NCBI GenBank assembly: GCA_947623725.1
Contig: CANQHI010000004.1
Span: forward strand, 764 to 64,763
Reading direction: 5' to 3'
DNA: 64,000 bases
DNA from: an uncultured Clostridia bacterium
GTDB taxonomy: Bacteria > Bacillota > Clostridia > TANB77 > CAG-508
Numbering within the stretch: the first letter of the stretch is position 1; each line of letters begins with the position of its first letter. Made by a program: the position numbers and the translations under genes. This document shows, piece by piece, positions 39,028 through 49,793 of the stretch. The notes beneath the pieces are model-generated. The model was not told the origin of the DNA, searched no databases, and saw only the letters and a list, made by a program, of their open reading frames with translations.

Positions 39028-39152
39028 AAAAAAATAAAATATTATAATTTTTTGTGGTTTGCTGTCGCAGAAAATGTCAAGACATTTTCGCTCCATTCGC
39101 GCTTCGCTTGATCGCTGCGCACCACTGTCAAATTATAATATTTTATTTTTTT
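39028..39152. repeat. GC-rich hairpin core inside 23-bp AT-rich inverted repeats (copy 2)
   Basis: Arm 39028..39050 is the exact reverse complement of 39130..39152. The core is homologous to 4763..4832. The inner stem 39070..39077 with 39082..39089 differs from copy 1 at three base pairs, all changed on both sides of the stem. Confidence 0.85.
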
Positions 39153-39165
39153 GTTATATATAATT

Positions 39166-40164
39166 TTATATATTCTTCGTAAAATTCCAAGAATCTTTAC
39201 ACATATCTTCAAGATTTTTTTCTGCTTTCCATCCTAATATATTTTCTGCTTTACTTGGATCAGCATAACATTCCGCAATATCTCCTGGTCTTCTTGGAGC
39301 AATTTCATATTTTATCTTTATACCATTTGCTTTTTCAAAATTTTTAACAATATCAAGAACAGAATATCCTTTTCCAGTTCCTAAATTATAACTTTCTACG
39401 CCTTTCATTTTATCTGCTCTTTCAATTGCTTTAATATGTCCTTTTGCAAGATCAACTACATGAATATAATCTCTTACTCCTGTTCCATCAGGTGTATCAT
39501 AATCATTTCCAAAAATATTTAAATGGTCAAGTTTTCCAGTTGCAACTTGATTTATGTAAGGCATTAAATTATTTGGTATACCATTTGGAAGTTCTCCAAT
39601 TAGTCCACTTTCATGTGCTCCTATTGGATTGAAATATCGCAACAATACAACACTCCAATCATTGTCTGAAACATAAACATCTTCTAAAATTTGCTCTATC
39701 ATTACTTTTGTTTGTCCATAAGGATTAGTTGCATGTTTTGGAAAATCCTCTTTAATTGGAACTCTTTCCGGATCTCCATAAACAGTTGCAGATGAACTAA
39801 ATACTATTTTTTTAACATTATTTTTTTTCATAACTTCTAATAAACTTAAAGTTCCTGCTATGTTATTTTTATAATATTCAATTGGTTTTTCTACAGATTC
39901 TCCAACTGCTTTTAGTGCTGCAAAATGTATAACTGCTGTTATATCTTTATTTTCTTCAAATACTTCATTTAATTTTTCAGTATCTAAAATATCTACTTCA
40001 TAAAATTTGAAATCTTTTCCTGTTATTTTTTTTATTGCATCTAATGCTTGTGGTTTGCTATTGCAAAAATTATCTACTATAATTACATCATATCCTGAAT
40101 TTAATAATTCTACTACTGTATGTGAACCTATAAATCCAGCTCCTCCTGTTACTAAAATTGACAT
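39166..40164 (-). CDS. galE: UDP-glucose 4-epimerase
   Basis: 332 aa with the GGAGFIGSH Rossmann motif, YGQTK catalytic motif and other typical GalE blocks. Confidence 0.95.
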   Translation of the reverse strand: MSILVTGGAGFIGSHTVVELLNSGYDVIIVDNFCNSKPQALDAIKKITGKDFKFYEVDILDTEKLNEVFEENKDITAVIHFAALKAVGESVEKPIEYYKNNIAGTLSLLEVMKKNNVKKIVFSSSATVYGDPERVPIKEDFPKHATNPYGQTKVMIEQILEDVYVSDNDWSVVLLRYFNPIGAHESGLIGELPNGIPNNLMPYINQVATGKLDHLNIFGNDYDTPDGTGVRDYIHVVDLAKGHIKAIERADKMKGVESYNLGTGKGYSVLDIVKNFEKANGIKIKYEIAPRRPGDIAECYADPSKAENILGWKAEKNLEDMCKDSWNFTKNI

Positions 40165-40305
40165 ATTTTTTTCTTATGATAATTTAAAAATTATCATATT
40201 CTCCTTTCTTTTTATTCTAATTTAGCTAATATCTTATAAATGTTGTTTTTATTTTATCTTAATTTTATTTTGTTTTTATATTAAAAATTTATTATTCAAT
40301 TACTA

Positions 40306-41241
40306 TTACCTATGTAATTTTTCTTTAATTATTTCTTCAATTTTTTGGCTATTTATTTCAAAATAATTCATTAAATCTTCTGCTCTTCCTGACATTCCAA
40401 ATCTATCATTTATTCCTAATCTTATTAATTTTTTTGGATGTTCTTCTGTAAGAACTTCTGCAATTGCAGTTCCTAATCCTCCAATAATATTATGATCTTC
40501 AACTGAAAAAAGTAAACCAGTTTCTTTTGCACATTTTATAATCATTTCTCTATCTATTGGTTTTATTGTATGAACATCAACAACTCTAATATCAATTCCT
40601 TGTTCTAACAATTTTTCTTGTGCTTTTAAACTTTCTGCAACCGTTACTCCTGTTGCAAAAACTGTTGCATCTATTCCTTCTCCAAGTTGTACCGCTTTTC
40701 CTATTTCAAAATCAACATCATTTTCATAAATTACTGGTGTTTTTAACCTACTTAATCTTAAATATACTGGTCCATTCATTTTTGCTATTTCTTTAACCAT
40801 TTTTTTAGTTTGAACATCATCTGATGTTGATATTACTGTCATATTTGGCATACCTCTCATAAGGTTTATATCTTCTAACATTTGATGTGTTGCTCCATCT
40901 TCCCCAACAGTAATACCTGCATGAGTTCCACAAATCTTCACATTCAAATTTGGATAAGCTATACTTGTTCTTATTTGATCATAGCATCTTCCTGTTGCAA
41001 ATGCTGCAAATGTTGAAACAAAAGGTATTTTTTTACATGTAGCAAGTCCTGCTGCAGTCCCCATCATATCTGCTTCTGCAATTCCTACTTCTATAAATCT
41101 TTCTGGATGCTTTTCTTTAAATAAATCTGTTTTGGTTGATGAATCTAAATCCGCATCTAGTACAACAATATTCTCATCTTTTAACTCACTAAGAGCTTTT
41201 CCAAAACTTTCTCTTGTGGCTATCTTTTTTTCTTCTATCAT
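40306..41241 (-). CDS. transketolase, C-terminal subunit
   Basis: 311 aa with pyrimidine-binding and C-terminal domains (FIEVGIAEADMMGTAAG, EDGATHQ). Confidence 0.9.
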   Translation of the reverse strand: MIEEKKIATRESFGKALSELKDENIVVLDADLDSSTKTDLFKEKHPERFIEVGIAEADMMGTAAGLATCKKIPFVSTFAAFATGRCYDQIRTSIAYPNLNVKICGTHAGITVGEDGATHQMLEDINLMRGMPNMTVISTSDDVQTKKMVKEIAKMNGPVYLRLSRLKTPVIYENDVDFEIGKAVQLGEGIDATVFATGVTVAESLKAQEKLLEQGIDIRVVDVHTIKPIDREMIIKCAKETGLLFSVEDHNIIGGLGTAIAEVLTEEHPKKLIRLGINDRFGMSGRAEDLMNYFEINSQKIEEIIKEKLHR

Positions 41242-41298
41242 TATTATTTTCCCTTGTATATTATATTTAGGTTTTAAGGTTTTACCTATAAACCAATT

Positions 41299-42129
41299 TT
41301 ACATTTTATTCAACTCTTCTAATGCTTCTTTATATTCTTCATCATTTAGGGCTTTTCCATGCCAAGCAGGATTGTTTTCCATAAATGAAATTCCTTTACC
41401 TTTAATTGTTTTAGCAATAATTGCAGTTGGTACGCCCTTCGTTTGTTCTGCTTCACTAAATCCATCCATTATCTGTTCTATATTATGACCATCAATAATT
41501 TTTGTATGAAATCCAAAGCTCTTAAATTTGTATTCAATATCTTCTAAGCTTAAATTTTTAATATCTTCTGTTTTTCCAGTTAATTGAAGTCCATTGCAAT
41601 CAACTATAACGCATAAATTATCTAATTTATACTTAGCTGATGTCATTGCAGCTTCCCAGATTTGACCTTCTTCAATTTCTCCATCTCCAAGTAAACAGTA
41701 AACTCTATATCCCATTTTATCCATTTTTGATGCTAATGCCATACCATTTGCAACAGATAAACCTTGTCCAAGAGAACCTGTAGTCATATCTACTCCTGGA
41801 ACCTTATTCATATCTGGATGTCCTTGAAATGGGCTATCAATATGTCTAAAAGTAATTAAATCATCTTTTGAATAGTATTCTCTTTCTGCTAATGCAGAGT
41901 AAATAGCTGCCGATGCATGTCCTTTTGATAAAACAAATCTATCTCTTGATAAATCATCAGGCTTTTGAGGATTTATATTCATTTCATTAAAATATAAAAC
42001 TGCTAAAATATCTGCACAAGATAGTGATCCTCCTGGATGACCAGATTTTCCATAATAAATTGCCTGAATTATGTCTTGTCTTATTTTATTTGCTTTTTCT
42101 TCTAATGCTTCAACCTTTGTTATTTTCAT
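41299..42129 (-). CDS. transketolase, N-terminal (TPP-binding) subunit
   Basis: 276 aa with SGHPGGSLS and GDGEIEEGQIWEA motifs. Confidence 0.9.
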   Translation of the reverse strand: MKITKVEALEEKANKIRQDIIQAIYYGKSGHPGGSLSCADILAVLYFNEMNINPQKPDDLSRDRFVLSKGHASAAIYSALAEREYYSKDDLITFRHIDSPFQGHPDMNKVPGVDMTTGSLGQGLSVANGMALASKMDKMGYRVYCLLGDGEIEEGQIWEAAMTSAKYKLDNLCVIVDCNGLQLTGKTEDIKNLSLEDIEYKFKSFGFHTKIIDGHNIEQIMDGFSEAEQTKGVPTAIIAKTIKGKGISFMENNPAWHGKALNDEEYKEALEELNKM

Positions 42130-42180
42130 ATTACTTTTCTCGTATAAAACAAATTATACGAAACTCCCTTCTTTTTATAG

Positions 42181-43074
42181 TTATATGCACAAATAATTTT
42201 TGGCAAGGAAATTTAAAATATCGCTTGCTAAAACATCTTCTTTATTTTTATAACCATGATTTGCTTTATCAATGTAATTAATGTCTTTTGTTTTATTAGT
42301 AATTTTTTTATTTAATATATTTACTAATTCACTTGCCTCAATACTTATCAGTTCATTCACATTTCCCCATCTCATAAAAAGTGGTACTTTTATTTTATTT
42401 AACATATCAAATTTATAATTTTTATCTGTATACTTGAAAAAATCTATTTCTTCATTATCTAAATATCTTAAAATAGTTTTAGGTTTAACTGGTGGCAAAC
42501 TGTTATTTACTTCAATTATTAAATCTTCTGTATCTTTTTCTGCAAATCTCTTTAAATCATTTATTACATTTTCAAATTTATTTCCTAGATACATTTTTAA
42601 AACTCTTGGTACATCTACCATTGATAATAAACTAATTCCAACAATTGATTTTAATAATTTTTCATTTTCTTCTAATAATCTATTATAAGTATAAACTGTT
42701 TTTGTGCAGCCCAAACTGTGTCCTTGCAAAACAATATTTTTAAATCCATACTTTAACATAGTTTCCATTGCAGATTTTATATCAAAATAAGAATCAAATA
42801 TATTTTCTGCAACCGCACCTTGTAACTTGTTTTCATCACTTCCATCATTATTTAAAAGTTCATGTCCTCTATTATTATACGTAAAATATGCTACATTATT
42901 TTCTGTAAGTAATTTTGCAATTACATCATCTCTATATTTTAAACAATTACTTGCTATTCCATGAGTTGTAATTACCACTGTACTCGGCTTTATTTCCTCT
43001 GGTAAATGTAATAATCCTATTAAATTAAGATTATCCTCTGTCTTAAAGTAAACTTTATTTATTCTCATAACCAA
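42181..43074 (-). CDS. alpha/beta hydrolase
   Basis: 297 aa with the nucleophile elbow GHSLG. Confidence 0.7.
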   Translation of the reverse strand: MVMRINKVYFKTEDNLNLIGLLHLPEEIKPSTVVITTHGIASNCLKYRDDVIAKLLTENNVAYFTYNNRGHELLNNDGSDENKLQGAVAENIFDSYFDIKSAMETMLKYGFKNIVLQGHSLGCTKTVYTYNRLLEENEKLLKSIVGISLLSMVDVPRVLKMYLGNKFENVINDLKRFAEKDTEDLIIEVNNSLPPVKPKTILRYLDNEEIDFFKYTDKNYKFDMLNKIKVPLFMRWGNVNELISIEASELVNILNKKITNKTKDINYIDKANHGYKNKEDVLASDILNFLAKNYLCI

Positions 43075-43213
43075 AAATTTGATTTAGACTCCTTTCTTAA
43101 AATATTTTTTAGTGGGTCTATTTTATAATATACATTTTTTTTATTAATGTGATTTTTTAATTTATAAATTATTTGATTATCCATGAATTATTTATAAATT
43201 ATTAATAAGCTAT

Positions 43214-43918
43214 TTATAAAATTTTTATAGGATCAAATTTTAAATAATCAGAACTAACTAATTTTAATTCAACCCCATCTATCATTCCTTCTATTGCTTC
43301 ACTATGCGATTTTCCATGTAAATGTCCATATATACATTTATGTATATTATATTTTTTCATTAATTCAATAAATTCACTTTTTTCATTATTTTCTACCATA
43401 TTTTTAGATATAGGAGGATAATGCATCATGCATATAATTTCTTTATTACTATTCTTTTGTTTTGCATCATTTATTGATAATTCTAGTCTTGCTAACTCTC
43501 TATTTATCATTTTTTCACTATTTTCTGTATCATTAAATGTCCATCCTCTTGTTCCAACTATCATTGCTTTATCTAATTCATAAGAATTATTGTATAAAAA
43601 TTTTATATTTCTAAAATCTTTTTCCTTAAAAAATTCTTCCATTTTTTTTAAGGTTGTCCACCAATAATCATGATTACCTTTAAGTAATATTTTTATTCCT
43701 TTTAATTCATTTAGATATGCAAAATCTTGTATTGTATCTTCTAAATATGTTGCCCATGAAAAATCACCTGGAATTAATATAATATCATCTTCTTTTATTT
43801 TATTATTCCAGTTTTCTTTTAATTTTTCCTCATAATTTAGCCAATTCTCTCCAAATACATTCATTGGCTTATTTGTACCAAATGATAAATGCAAATCTCC
43901 TATTGCATATATAAACAC
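43214..43918 (-). CDS. metallophosphoesterase
   Basis: 234 aa with the motifs GDLHL, PGDF, GNHD and GHLHG. Confidence 0.8.
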   Translation of the reverse strand: MFIYAIGDLHLSFGTNKPMNVFGENWLNYEEKLKENWNNKIKEDDIILIPGDFSWATYLEDTIQDFAYLNELKGIKILLKGNHDYWWTTLKKMEEFFKEKDFRNIKFLYNNSYELDKAMIVGTRGWTFNDTENSEKMINRELARLELSINDAKQKNSNKEIICMMHYPPISKNMVENNEKSEFIELMKKYNIHKCIYGHLHGKSHSEAIEGMIDGVELKLVSSDYLKFDPIKIL

Positions 43919-43979
43919 TAAAAATACTCCTTTTATATATTCTTTTATATTATTTTTTAGCCTTTTTATATAATTTTTT

Positions 43980-44960
43980 CTACAATTTTAAATCTGGCTC
44001 TGCATTTAAAGTTAAATCACTAATTTTACCAGAAATATAATTATAATAACCGGCTGATGCTATCATAGCAGCATTATCAGTACATAATTTCAAATCCGGC
44101 ATATATACTTTTGCATTTTCCAAATTTAGAAATTCTTTTCTAATATAACTATTAGCTGAAACTCCTCCTGCTAATATTATTTTATTTATTTTTGTTTGCT
44201 CAATTGCTTTTTTTATATTATCAACTAATGTTTCTGCAATTGTTTTTTCAAAACTTTTACATAAATCTGCTTTATTTATTTCTGGATTTTTGTGATATAA
44301 ATTTATAATAGCTGTTTTTATTCCACTAAAGCTAAAATCTAAATTATCAAAATGTGTTTTTGGAAGAGTAATATTGGCTTCTCCCTTTTTGGCTAACTCA
44401 TCTATTTTTGGTCCACCAGGATATCCAAGTCCAATTACTCTTGCAATTTTATCAAAAGCCTCTCCTACAGCATCATCTCTTGTTTTTCCAAGAACTTCAA
44501 ATTCATTATAATCTTTTATATGTATTATTTGAGTATTTCCACCAGACATCATAACACATAAAAACGGAGGCTCTAAATCTTTGTGTGTAATGTAATTTGC
44601 TGCTATATGTCCTTCTATATGATTAGTTCCAACTAATGGTTTATTTAATGCATAGCTTAAGGCTTTTCCATAAGATAAACCTACTAAAAGTGCTCCAACT
44701 AATCCTGGTCCATAAGTGCAAGCCACTGCATCAATGTCATTCATATTAATTCCTGCTTCTTTAATAGCCATTTTTACTACTTCAGAAATATTTAATATGT
44801 GATTTCTTGATGCAATTTCTGGCACAACACCTCCATATAAAGTATGTATATCAATTTGAGAATTTACAACATTTGATACGATTTCTCTTCCATTTTTTAC
44901 AATAGATGCGGCTGTTTCGTCACAACTTGATTCAATTCCTAGTACATATATATCTTTCAT
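43980..44960 (-). CDS. tsaD: tRNA N6-adenosine threonylcarbamoyltransferase
   Basis: 326 aa. [16 protein letters not shown]... and HIEGHI... are typical of TsaD/Kae1. Confidence 0.95.
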   Translation of the reverse strand: MKDIYVLGIESSCDETAASIVKNGREIVSNVVNSQIDIHTLYGGVVPEIASRNHILNISEVVKMAIKEAGINMNDIDAVACTYGPGLVGALLVGLSYGKALSYALNKPLVGTNHIEGHIAANYITHKDLEPPFLCVMMSGGNTQIIHIKDYNEFEVLGKTRDDAVGEAFDKIARVIGLGYPGGPKIDELAKKGEANITLPKTHFDNLDFSFSGIKTAIINLYHKNPEINKADLCKSFEKTIAETLVDNIKKAIEQTKINKIILAGGVSANSYIRKEFLNLENAKVYMPDLKLCTDNAAMIASAGYYNYISGKISDLTLNAEPDLKL

Positions 44961-45013
44961 TTATGCTCCCTAATTTCAAATATCTATTTGTATTATTTTT
45001 TATTGTCAATTAT

Positions 45014-45757
45014 TTATCCACCAAGCCCCACTATTGTATTTATTAATTTTAATAAAAGTTTATTTATTCCACCTATTGCTGGTGATATTATTAAACTTGC
45101 AAGTGGAGTTATCCAAACTATAATAAAAATAAAATATAACATTCTTTCATGTTGCGTATACCATACTCTTGCCTTTGCTGGTAAAAATGCTTGTAATACT
45201 TTTGAACCATCAAGAGGAGGTAATGGTATTAAATTAAACACTCCTAATCCAACATTCATTGAAATTGTAGAAATTATTACTGTTTCAATTATTTGCCCTG
45301 TTGTTGTAAGCAAAAAGCTATAAGAAAATGCAAGCAACAAACCATATATTACTGAGAAAATAAGTGCTAAACAAAAATTCATGACTGGACCTGCTAATGA
45401 TACTAATGCATTACCTTTTCTTAAACTTATTGTTCTATTAAAATTATTAGGATTGATTTCTACAGGTTTTCCCCAGCCAAATCCTGCTGTTATAAGTAGA
45501 ATCGCACCAATTGGATCAAGATGCTTTAATGGATTTAATGTAAGTCTACCTTGATTTCTAGGTGTATCATCACCTAATCTATCTGCCATCCAAGCATGGG
45601 CAAATTCATGAAATGTTATCGCTATTAATATTGCTGGTATTGATAATATTAAAGATAAAAAAGCTCCTGGTGTTCTTAAATAATATGATACATTATCAAT
45701 TATTAACCATATTATGAATATCATCATCCATGGATTTGAAAAATTACCAAAATACAT
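45014..45757 (-). CDS. site-2 protease family (M50) membrane metalloprotease
   Basis: 247 aa, polytopic, with the HEFAHA zinc motif and NLIPLPPLDG. Confidence 0.85.
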   Translation of the reverse strand: MYFGNFSNPWMMIFIIWLIIDNVSYYLRTPGAFLSLILSIPAILIAITFHEFAHAWMADRLGDDTPRNQGRLTLNPLKHLDPIGAILLITAGFGWGKPVEINPNNFNRTISLRKGNALVSLAGPVMNFCLALIFSVIYGLLLAFSYSFLLTTTGQIIETVIISTISMNVGLGVFNLIPLPPLDGSKVLQAFLPAKARVWYTQHERMLYFIFIIVWITPLASLIISPAIGGINKLLLKLINTIVGLGG

Positions 45758-45899
45758 ATTTTTTATTTAATCAATTATATTTAATTGATTAATTCCTTTC
45801 TTTTTTATTTATATGCAACCATTATTTCAAAATTTTTCCAACTTCTTGCATACATTTTTATTTTTTCTAATATATCATATTATACAAAAAATTTCAATT

Positions 45900-46949
45900 T
45901 TAATAGTCAAGTTTCATTGATTTCTTTACTTTTTCCATAGTCTTTTTAGCAATCTCTCTTGCATGTTCTGTTCCAGACATTAATATATCCATCACTTCTT
46001 TTGGTCTTTCTTCATAATAATGTCTCTTTTCTCTAATTGGACCTAAAGTGTTATTAATATTTTCAATTAATTGTTTCTTGCAAGCTACACAACCTCTTTG
46101 TCCTTTTTTACATTCTTCACATACATTTTTACAAGTATTTTCATCACTAAATAATTTATGATAATAATATACCATACAAATATCTGGATTTCCTGGATCA
46201 TCTTTTTTTATTCTTGCTGGATCTGTTACTGCTCCCATAACCTTTGTTTTAATTGTTTCTATATCATCTGACAGATAAAGTGCATTTCCTAAAGATTTAC
46301 CCATTTTTTCATTTCCATCTAATCCTTTAATTCTAGGTTTGTTGCTCATTACCGCAACTGGCTCTCTTAAAGTTTCTCCATAAATTGAATTAAATTTTCT
46401 TACAATTTCTCTACATTGTTCTATTAATGGGAGTTGATCCTCTCCAACCGGTACAAAGCTTGCATCAAAAGCTGTTATATCTGCTGCTTGACTTACTGGG
46501 TATCCTAAAAATCCATAAGTTACACTTTCTCCAAATAATTCTTTTTTTTGTGCTATTTCTGTTTTTACAGTAGGATTTCTTTGAAGTCTTGCTATTGTAA
46601 CTAAATTTGAATAAAATACTGTAAGTTCTGCTATCTCTGGAATCCTTGATTGTAAAAGTATCGTCACTTTATTAGGATCAAGTCCTACAGATAAATAATC
46701 CATAACAATTTGTGATACATTCTGTTTTACTTTATCTGGATTATTGAAATTATCTGTCAAGGCTTGGACATCTGCAACTTCTATAAATGTTTCAAACTTA
46801 TCTTGAAGTTCTACTCTTGATTTTAATGAGCCAAAGTAATGGCCAATATGTAATCTTCCTGTTGGTCTATCTCCTGTAAGTATTTTTAGATTTTTATCTG
46901 GTTTTATATCTTCTAACATTATTTTTTCATCATCTACTGTATTATCCAT
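45900..46949 (-). CDS. trpS: tryptophan--tRNA ligase
   Basis: It has the class I motifs HIGHY and KMGKS. The start is uncertain: I chose ATG at 46949, while the track ORF starts at a TTG at 46997. Confidence 0.9.
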   Translation of the reverse strand: MDNTVDDEKIMLEDIKPDKNLKILTGDRPTGRLHIGHYFGSLKSRVELQDKFETFIEVADVQALTDNFNNPDKVKQNVSQIVMDYLSVGLDPNKVTILLQSRIPEIAELTVFYSNLVTIARLQRNPTVKTEIAQKKELFGESVTYGFLGYPVSQAADITAFDASFVPVGEDQLPLIEQCREIVRKFNSIYGETLREPVAVMSNKPRIKGLDGNEKMGKSLGNALYLSDDIETIKTKVMGAVTDPARIKKDDPGNPDICMVYYYHKLFSDENTCKNVCEECKKGQRGCVACKKQLIENINNTLGPIREKRHYYEERPKEVMDILMSGTEHAREIAKKTMEKVKKSMKLDY

Positions 46950-47037
46950 TTCATTATTCTTGTATAAAAAATTATACAAAACTCCCTTCTTTTTCAAAAC
47001 TATTTATCAATTCATCATTAATCTCTGTTATATTTTA

Positions 47038-47346
47038 TTAAATTTCTTCTGCGGTTAATTTTATTAATAAGTCTTTATTATCATCTTCTGCGGATTTATT
47101 TCTTTTTATTGCTCCACATTTATCACATTTATAAACTATAATATATCCTTTTTTGCTATTAAGTTCAACCTTTATAGGTCTTAATATTCCATGACACTCT
47201 TCTTTTCTATCTCCTGGCATCACATCTACATGCTTTGAACATAAACATTCAGGGCAGTGATCCCTTGATGTATATCCTAATTTTTCTACTTTATTTCCAC
47301 AGTTTTCACATACAAAACTTTCATCTCTTTTTGTAAAATTTTTCAT
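47038..47346 (-). CDS. RNHCP domain-containing protein
   Basis: 102 aa. FVCENCGNKV...SRDHCPECLCSKHVDVMPGDR...CHG matches the RNHCP zinc-ribbon family. Confidence 0.7.
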   Translation of the reverse strand: MKNFTKRDESFVCENCGNKVEKLGYTSRDHCPECLCSKHVDVMPGDRKEECHGILRPIKVELNSKKGYIIVYKCDKCGAIKRNKSAEDDNKDLLIKLTAEEI

Positions 47347-47406
47347 TATCTTCCTTTAACTTTCTTCTAAAAATTTGTAAGTATTAATATTTCACTATAA
47401 TCCAAA

Positions 47407-49095
47407 TTATCTTTCTAGCAAATAAGCATCTAGGCTATAATAATCAACTTTGTCTGATTTTTCATAATAACTTATAGAAAAATAATCTAATATTATCTTT
47501 CTATTATCATCAAGTATTATTTCATTCATATTTTCAAACTCTTCATCTAATGAATCTGCTTTTAAATATTTTTTTACTAAATCTAACATGTTGACATTTA
47601 TTATCTCTTCTGTATCTTCTATTTTAAATCTAACATCTGAAAATATATCTTCTAATTTTTGTCTACTATCACTTCTTAAATTTTTTCCTGTTTTAATATC
47701 TATATAGACATAAGATCCAGCATCTAATTTTTTTACTGTTTTATATCCTTCTACATTTAAAAAATTTGATTTTCTACTAGCATCTAAATTAATTGGATTT
47801 TCAATAGTAAGAGGATTTATAAGATAATTAGCAATCATATTACTTTCATAATCTTCTATATCTTGATTTAAGTTATTTTTTAAATATTGTTTTCCAATTA
47901 CTGATCTTTCTAAATAACCATATGCTCCATTTAATTTTGCTTCTTCTTCACTAGTAATATCTTCTTTTCCTACATACTTTTTTAAAATATTATATTGACT
48001 CATTGCAGATATTCTATACATATTAATAAATGGTGCAATAGTTGAAATAATTGTAAGTGCAACTGCTACTAATAAAATTTTACCGATATTTAACTTATCT
48101 TTAATATAAATTATTGTGTAGATTATTTCAAAAATAATTAACATCACACATAAATATCTTGCTTCTGTAATTCCATTTGCTCCAATCCTAACTCCTATTG
48201 AATACATCTGCAAAAATATAAATGGAATAAATAATAATGGCAATTTATTATTTATTTTATCAAAGGTTTTACCTTCATCTAAATAATCACACATTGTCCA
48301 TATAGGAAGACCAACTACAAATAATGCTGCAAGTATTCTAAATATTTGATTTGAAGGAATATCTCTTAAAATAATTATCTTTAATATATATATGTATATT
48401 ATTGCAAAAGCTGTCATTAAAAGACTTCCTAATACATATTTTATAACCTTTGCAAACTTACCTACTTCATCACTAGGACTATATAACGTATAAATAAGAG
48501 TTGGCAAATAATATAATCCTAAAAGCAATATTTCAACTCTAGCTATTAATATATAGCCCCTTCCATTTAATATTAAGAATATAAATATTGCTGATATAAT
48601 TGCACTTCCTATTGCTAGTATTTCATATATAATAGTTGTTTTAAAGAAACCTATTACTACTTTAGTAAAATATTCTTCTAAACCTTTTTCAGATTTTTTG
48701 AAATTAAAGTATATACTTAAAACTGAAAGAGATATTATATAACAAATAATAAATCTAGTCATAAAATGCACAAATGCATCATTAGGTATTCCTAAAATAT
48801 TACTTTTTGAAAAGACTAATGTTGTAAGTATAATTGACAATATTAATGATAATATATAATAAATAATATTTTTCTTTTTTTCTTTTATTAATGTTTCTAT
48901 CAAATATGTTGTACTTGCAAATATAATTGTAGCAACAATTAATCTTTTTATTATATTCCAATCGAATTGTGAATTTCCTATATAACAGGTAAAAATTATA
49001 GTTAATACAAATATTGATATTATCGTTCCTGGAAATTTTTCTATGCTTTTTCTTAATACTTTTAATAAATTATATATTTTTTCTTTTACTTGCAT
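47407..49095 (-). CDS. large polytopic membrane protein (DUF4153-like)
   Basis: 562 aa with about 10 predicted TM helices followed by a soluble C-terminal domain. The family assignment is from memory and is tentative. Confidence 0.45.
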   Translation of the reverse strand: MQVKEKIYNLLKVLRKSIEKFPGTIISIFVLTIIFTCYIGNSQFDWNIIKRLIVATIIFASTTYLIETLIKEKKKNIIYYILSLILSIILTTLVFSKSNILGIPNDAFVHFMTRFIICYIISLSVLSIYFNFKKSEKGLEEYFTKVVIGFFKTTIIYEILAIGSAIISAIFIFLILNGRGYILIARVEILLLGLYYLPTLIYTLYSPSDEVGKFAKVIKYVLGSLLMTAFAIIYIYILKIIILRDIPSNQIFRILAALFVVGLPIWTMCDYLDEGKTFDKINNKLPLLFIPFIFLQMYSIGVRIGANGITEARYLCVMLIIFEIIYTIIYIKDKLNIGKILLVAVALTIISTIAPFINMYRISAMSQYNILKKYVGKEDITSEEEAKLNGAYGYLERSVIGKQYLKNNLNQDIEDYESNMIANYLINPLTIENPINLDASRKSNFLNVEGYKTVKKLDAGSYVYIDIKTGKNLRSDSRQKLEDIFSDVRFKIEDTEEIINVNMLDLVKKYLKADSLDEEFENMNEIILDDNRKIILDYFSISYYEKSDKVDYYSLDAYLLER

Positions 49096-49135
49096 ATTTA
49101 TAATGATCCCCTTCTAAAATATTATCATAAATAAT

Positions 49136-49732
49136 TTATATTATACGATTTAGAATCATTTTTCCAAAGCCTCCAATTAAAGCAAAATAAGATATACCAA
49201 TAAGAATACCAAAGAAACAGCCAAAACCATATATTACATCATAAATTGATATTGCTTTTCTATTTTTATTATCATCATATTGTTTAGTAACATTATAAAG
49301 TAATTTTGGAATATCCCATATTCCCAACCATAACATTTCTATAGATATTAATACTTTTTCAATTATCAGCGCTCTTACTGCATATTGAGAATGAGAGCTG
49401 TTTGCATCATTCATTAAATATACTATTACTACCCATATTATTTCTCCAAGTATAAATAAAAGATATGGAATGTTCTTTATAATTCCTTTTTTTATGTTAC
49501 TTTTTTTAGATGCTTCCATTGGAAAAGAAACTATTAAAGCCACAAATAATGTTTCTACAATTGATAAGGTTTCTGTTATTTTGTCGCTCCACATACTTAT
49601 TAGCGTAACTAAAATAAGAATATTTGATAATGAGAATGTTACTGGAAAATTTTTTACATCTTTCTTTATTATGTTTACAGGATTATAATCTTTTAAATCT
49701 ATTTTCATCTTTTTGTTCCCTTCTATATTCAT
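49136..49732 (-). CDS. hypothetical membrane protein (paralog of 49794..50363)
   Basis: 198 aa with four or five TM helices. It shares the N-terminal pattern ..KDVKNFPVTFSL.. with its neighbour (..EDVKRFPITMIL..). Confidence 0.5.
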   Translation of the reverse strand: MNIEGNKKMKIDLKDYNPVNIIKKDVKNFPVTFSLSNILILVTLISMWSDKITETLSIVETLFVALIVSFPMEASKKSNIKKGIIKNIPYLLFILGEIIWVVIVYLMNDANSSHSQYAVRALIIEKVLISIEMLWLGIWDIPKLLYNVTKQYDDNKNRKAISIYDVIYGFGCFFGILIGISYFALIGGFGKMILNRII

Positions 49733-49793
49733 TAATACATTTTTTAATGCTTAATAAATTATATATTTTTACTTTTATCATTTTTTCCTCATA

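Noticed and set aside
46950-47037. A T-box leader upstream of trpS.
   Set aside because: Less than 100 nt is available, with no specifier-loop or T-box sequence (AATTAGAGTGGTACCGCG-like).
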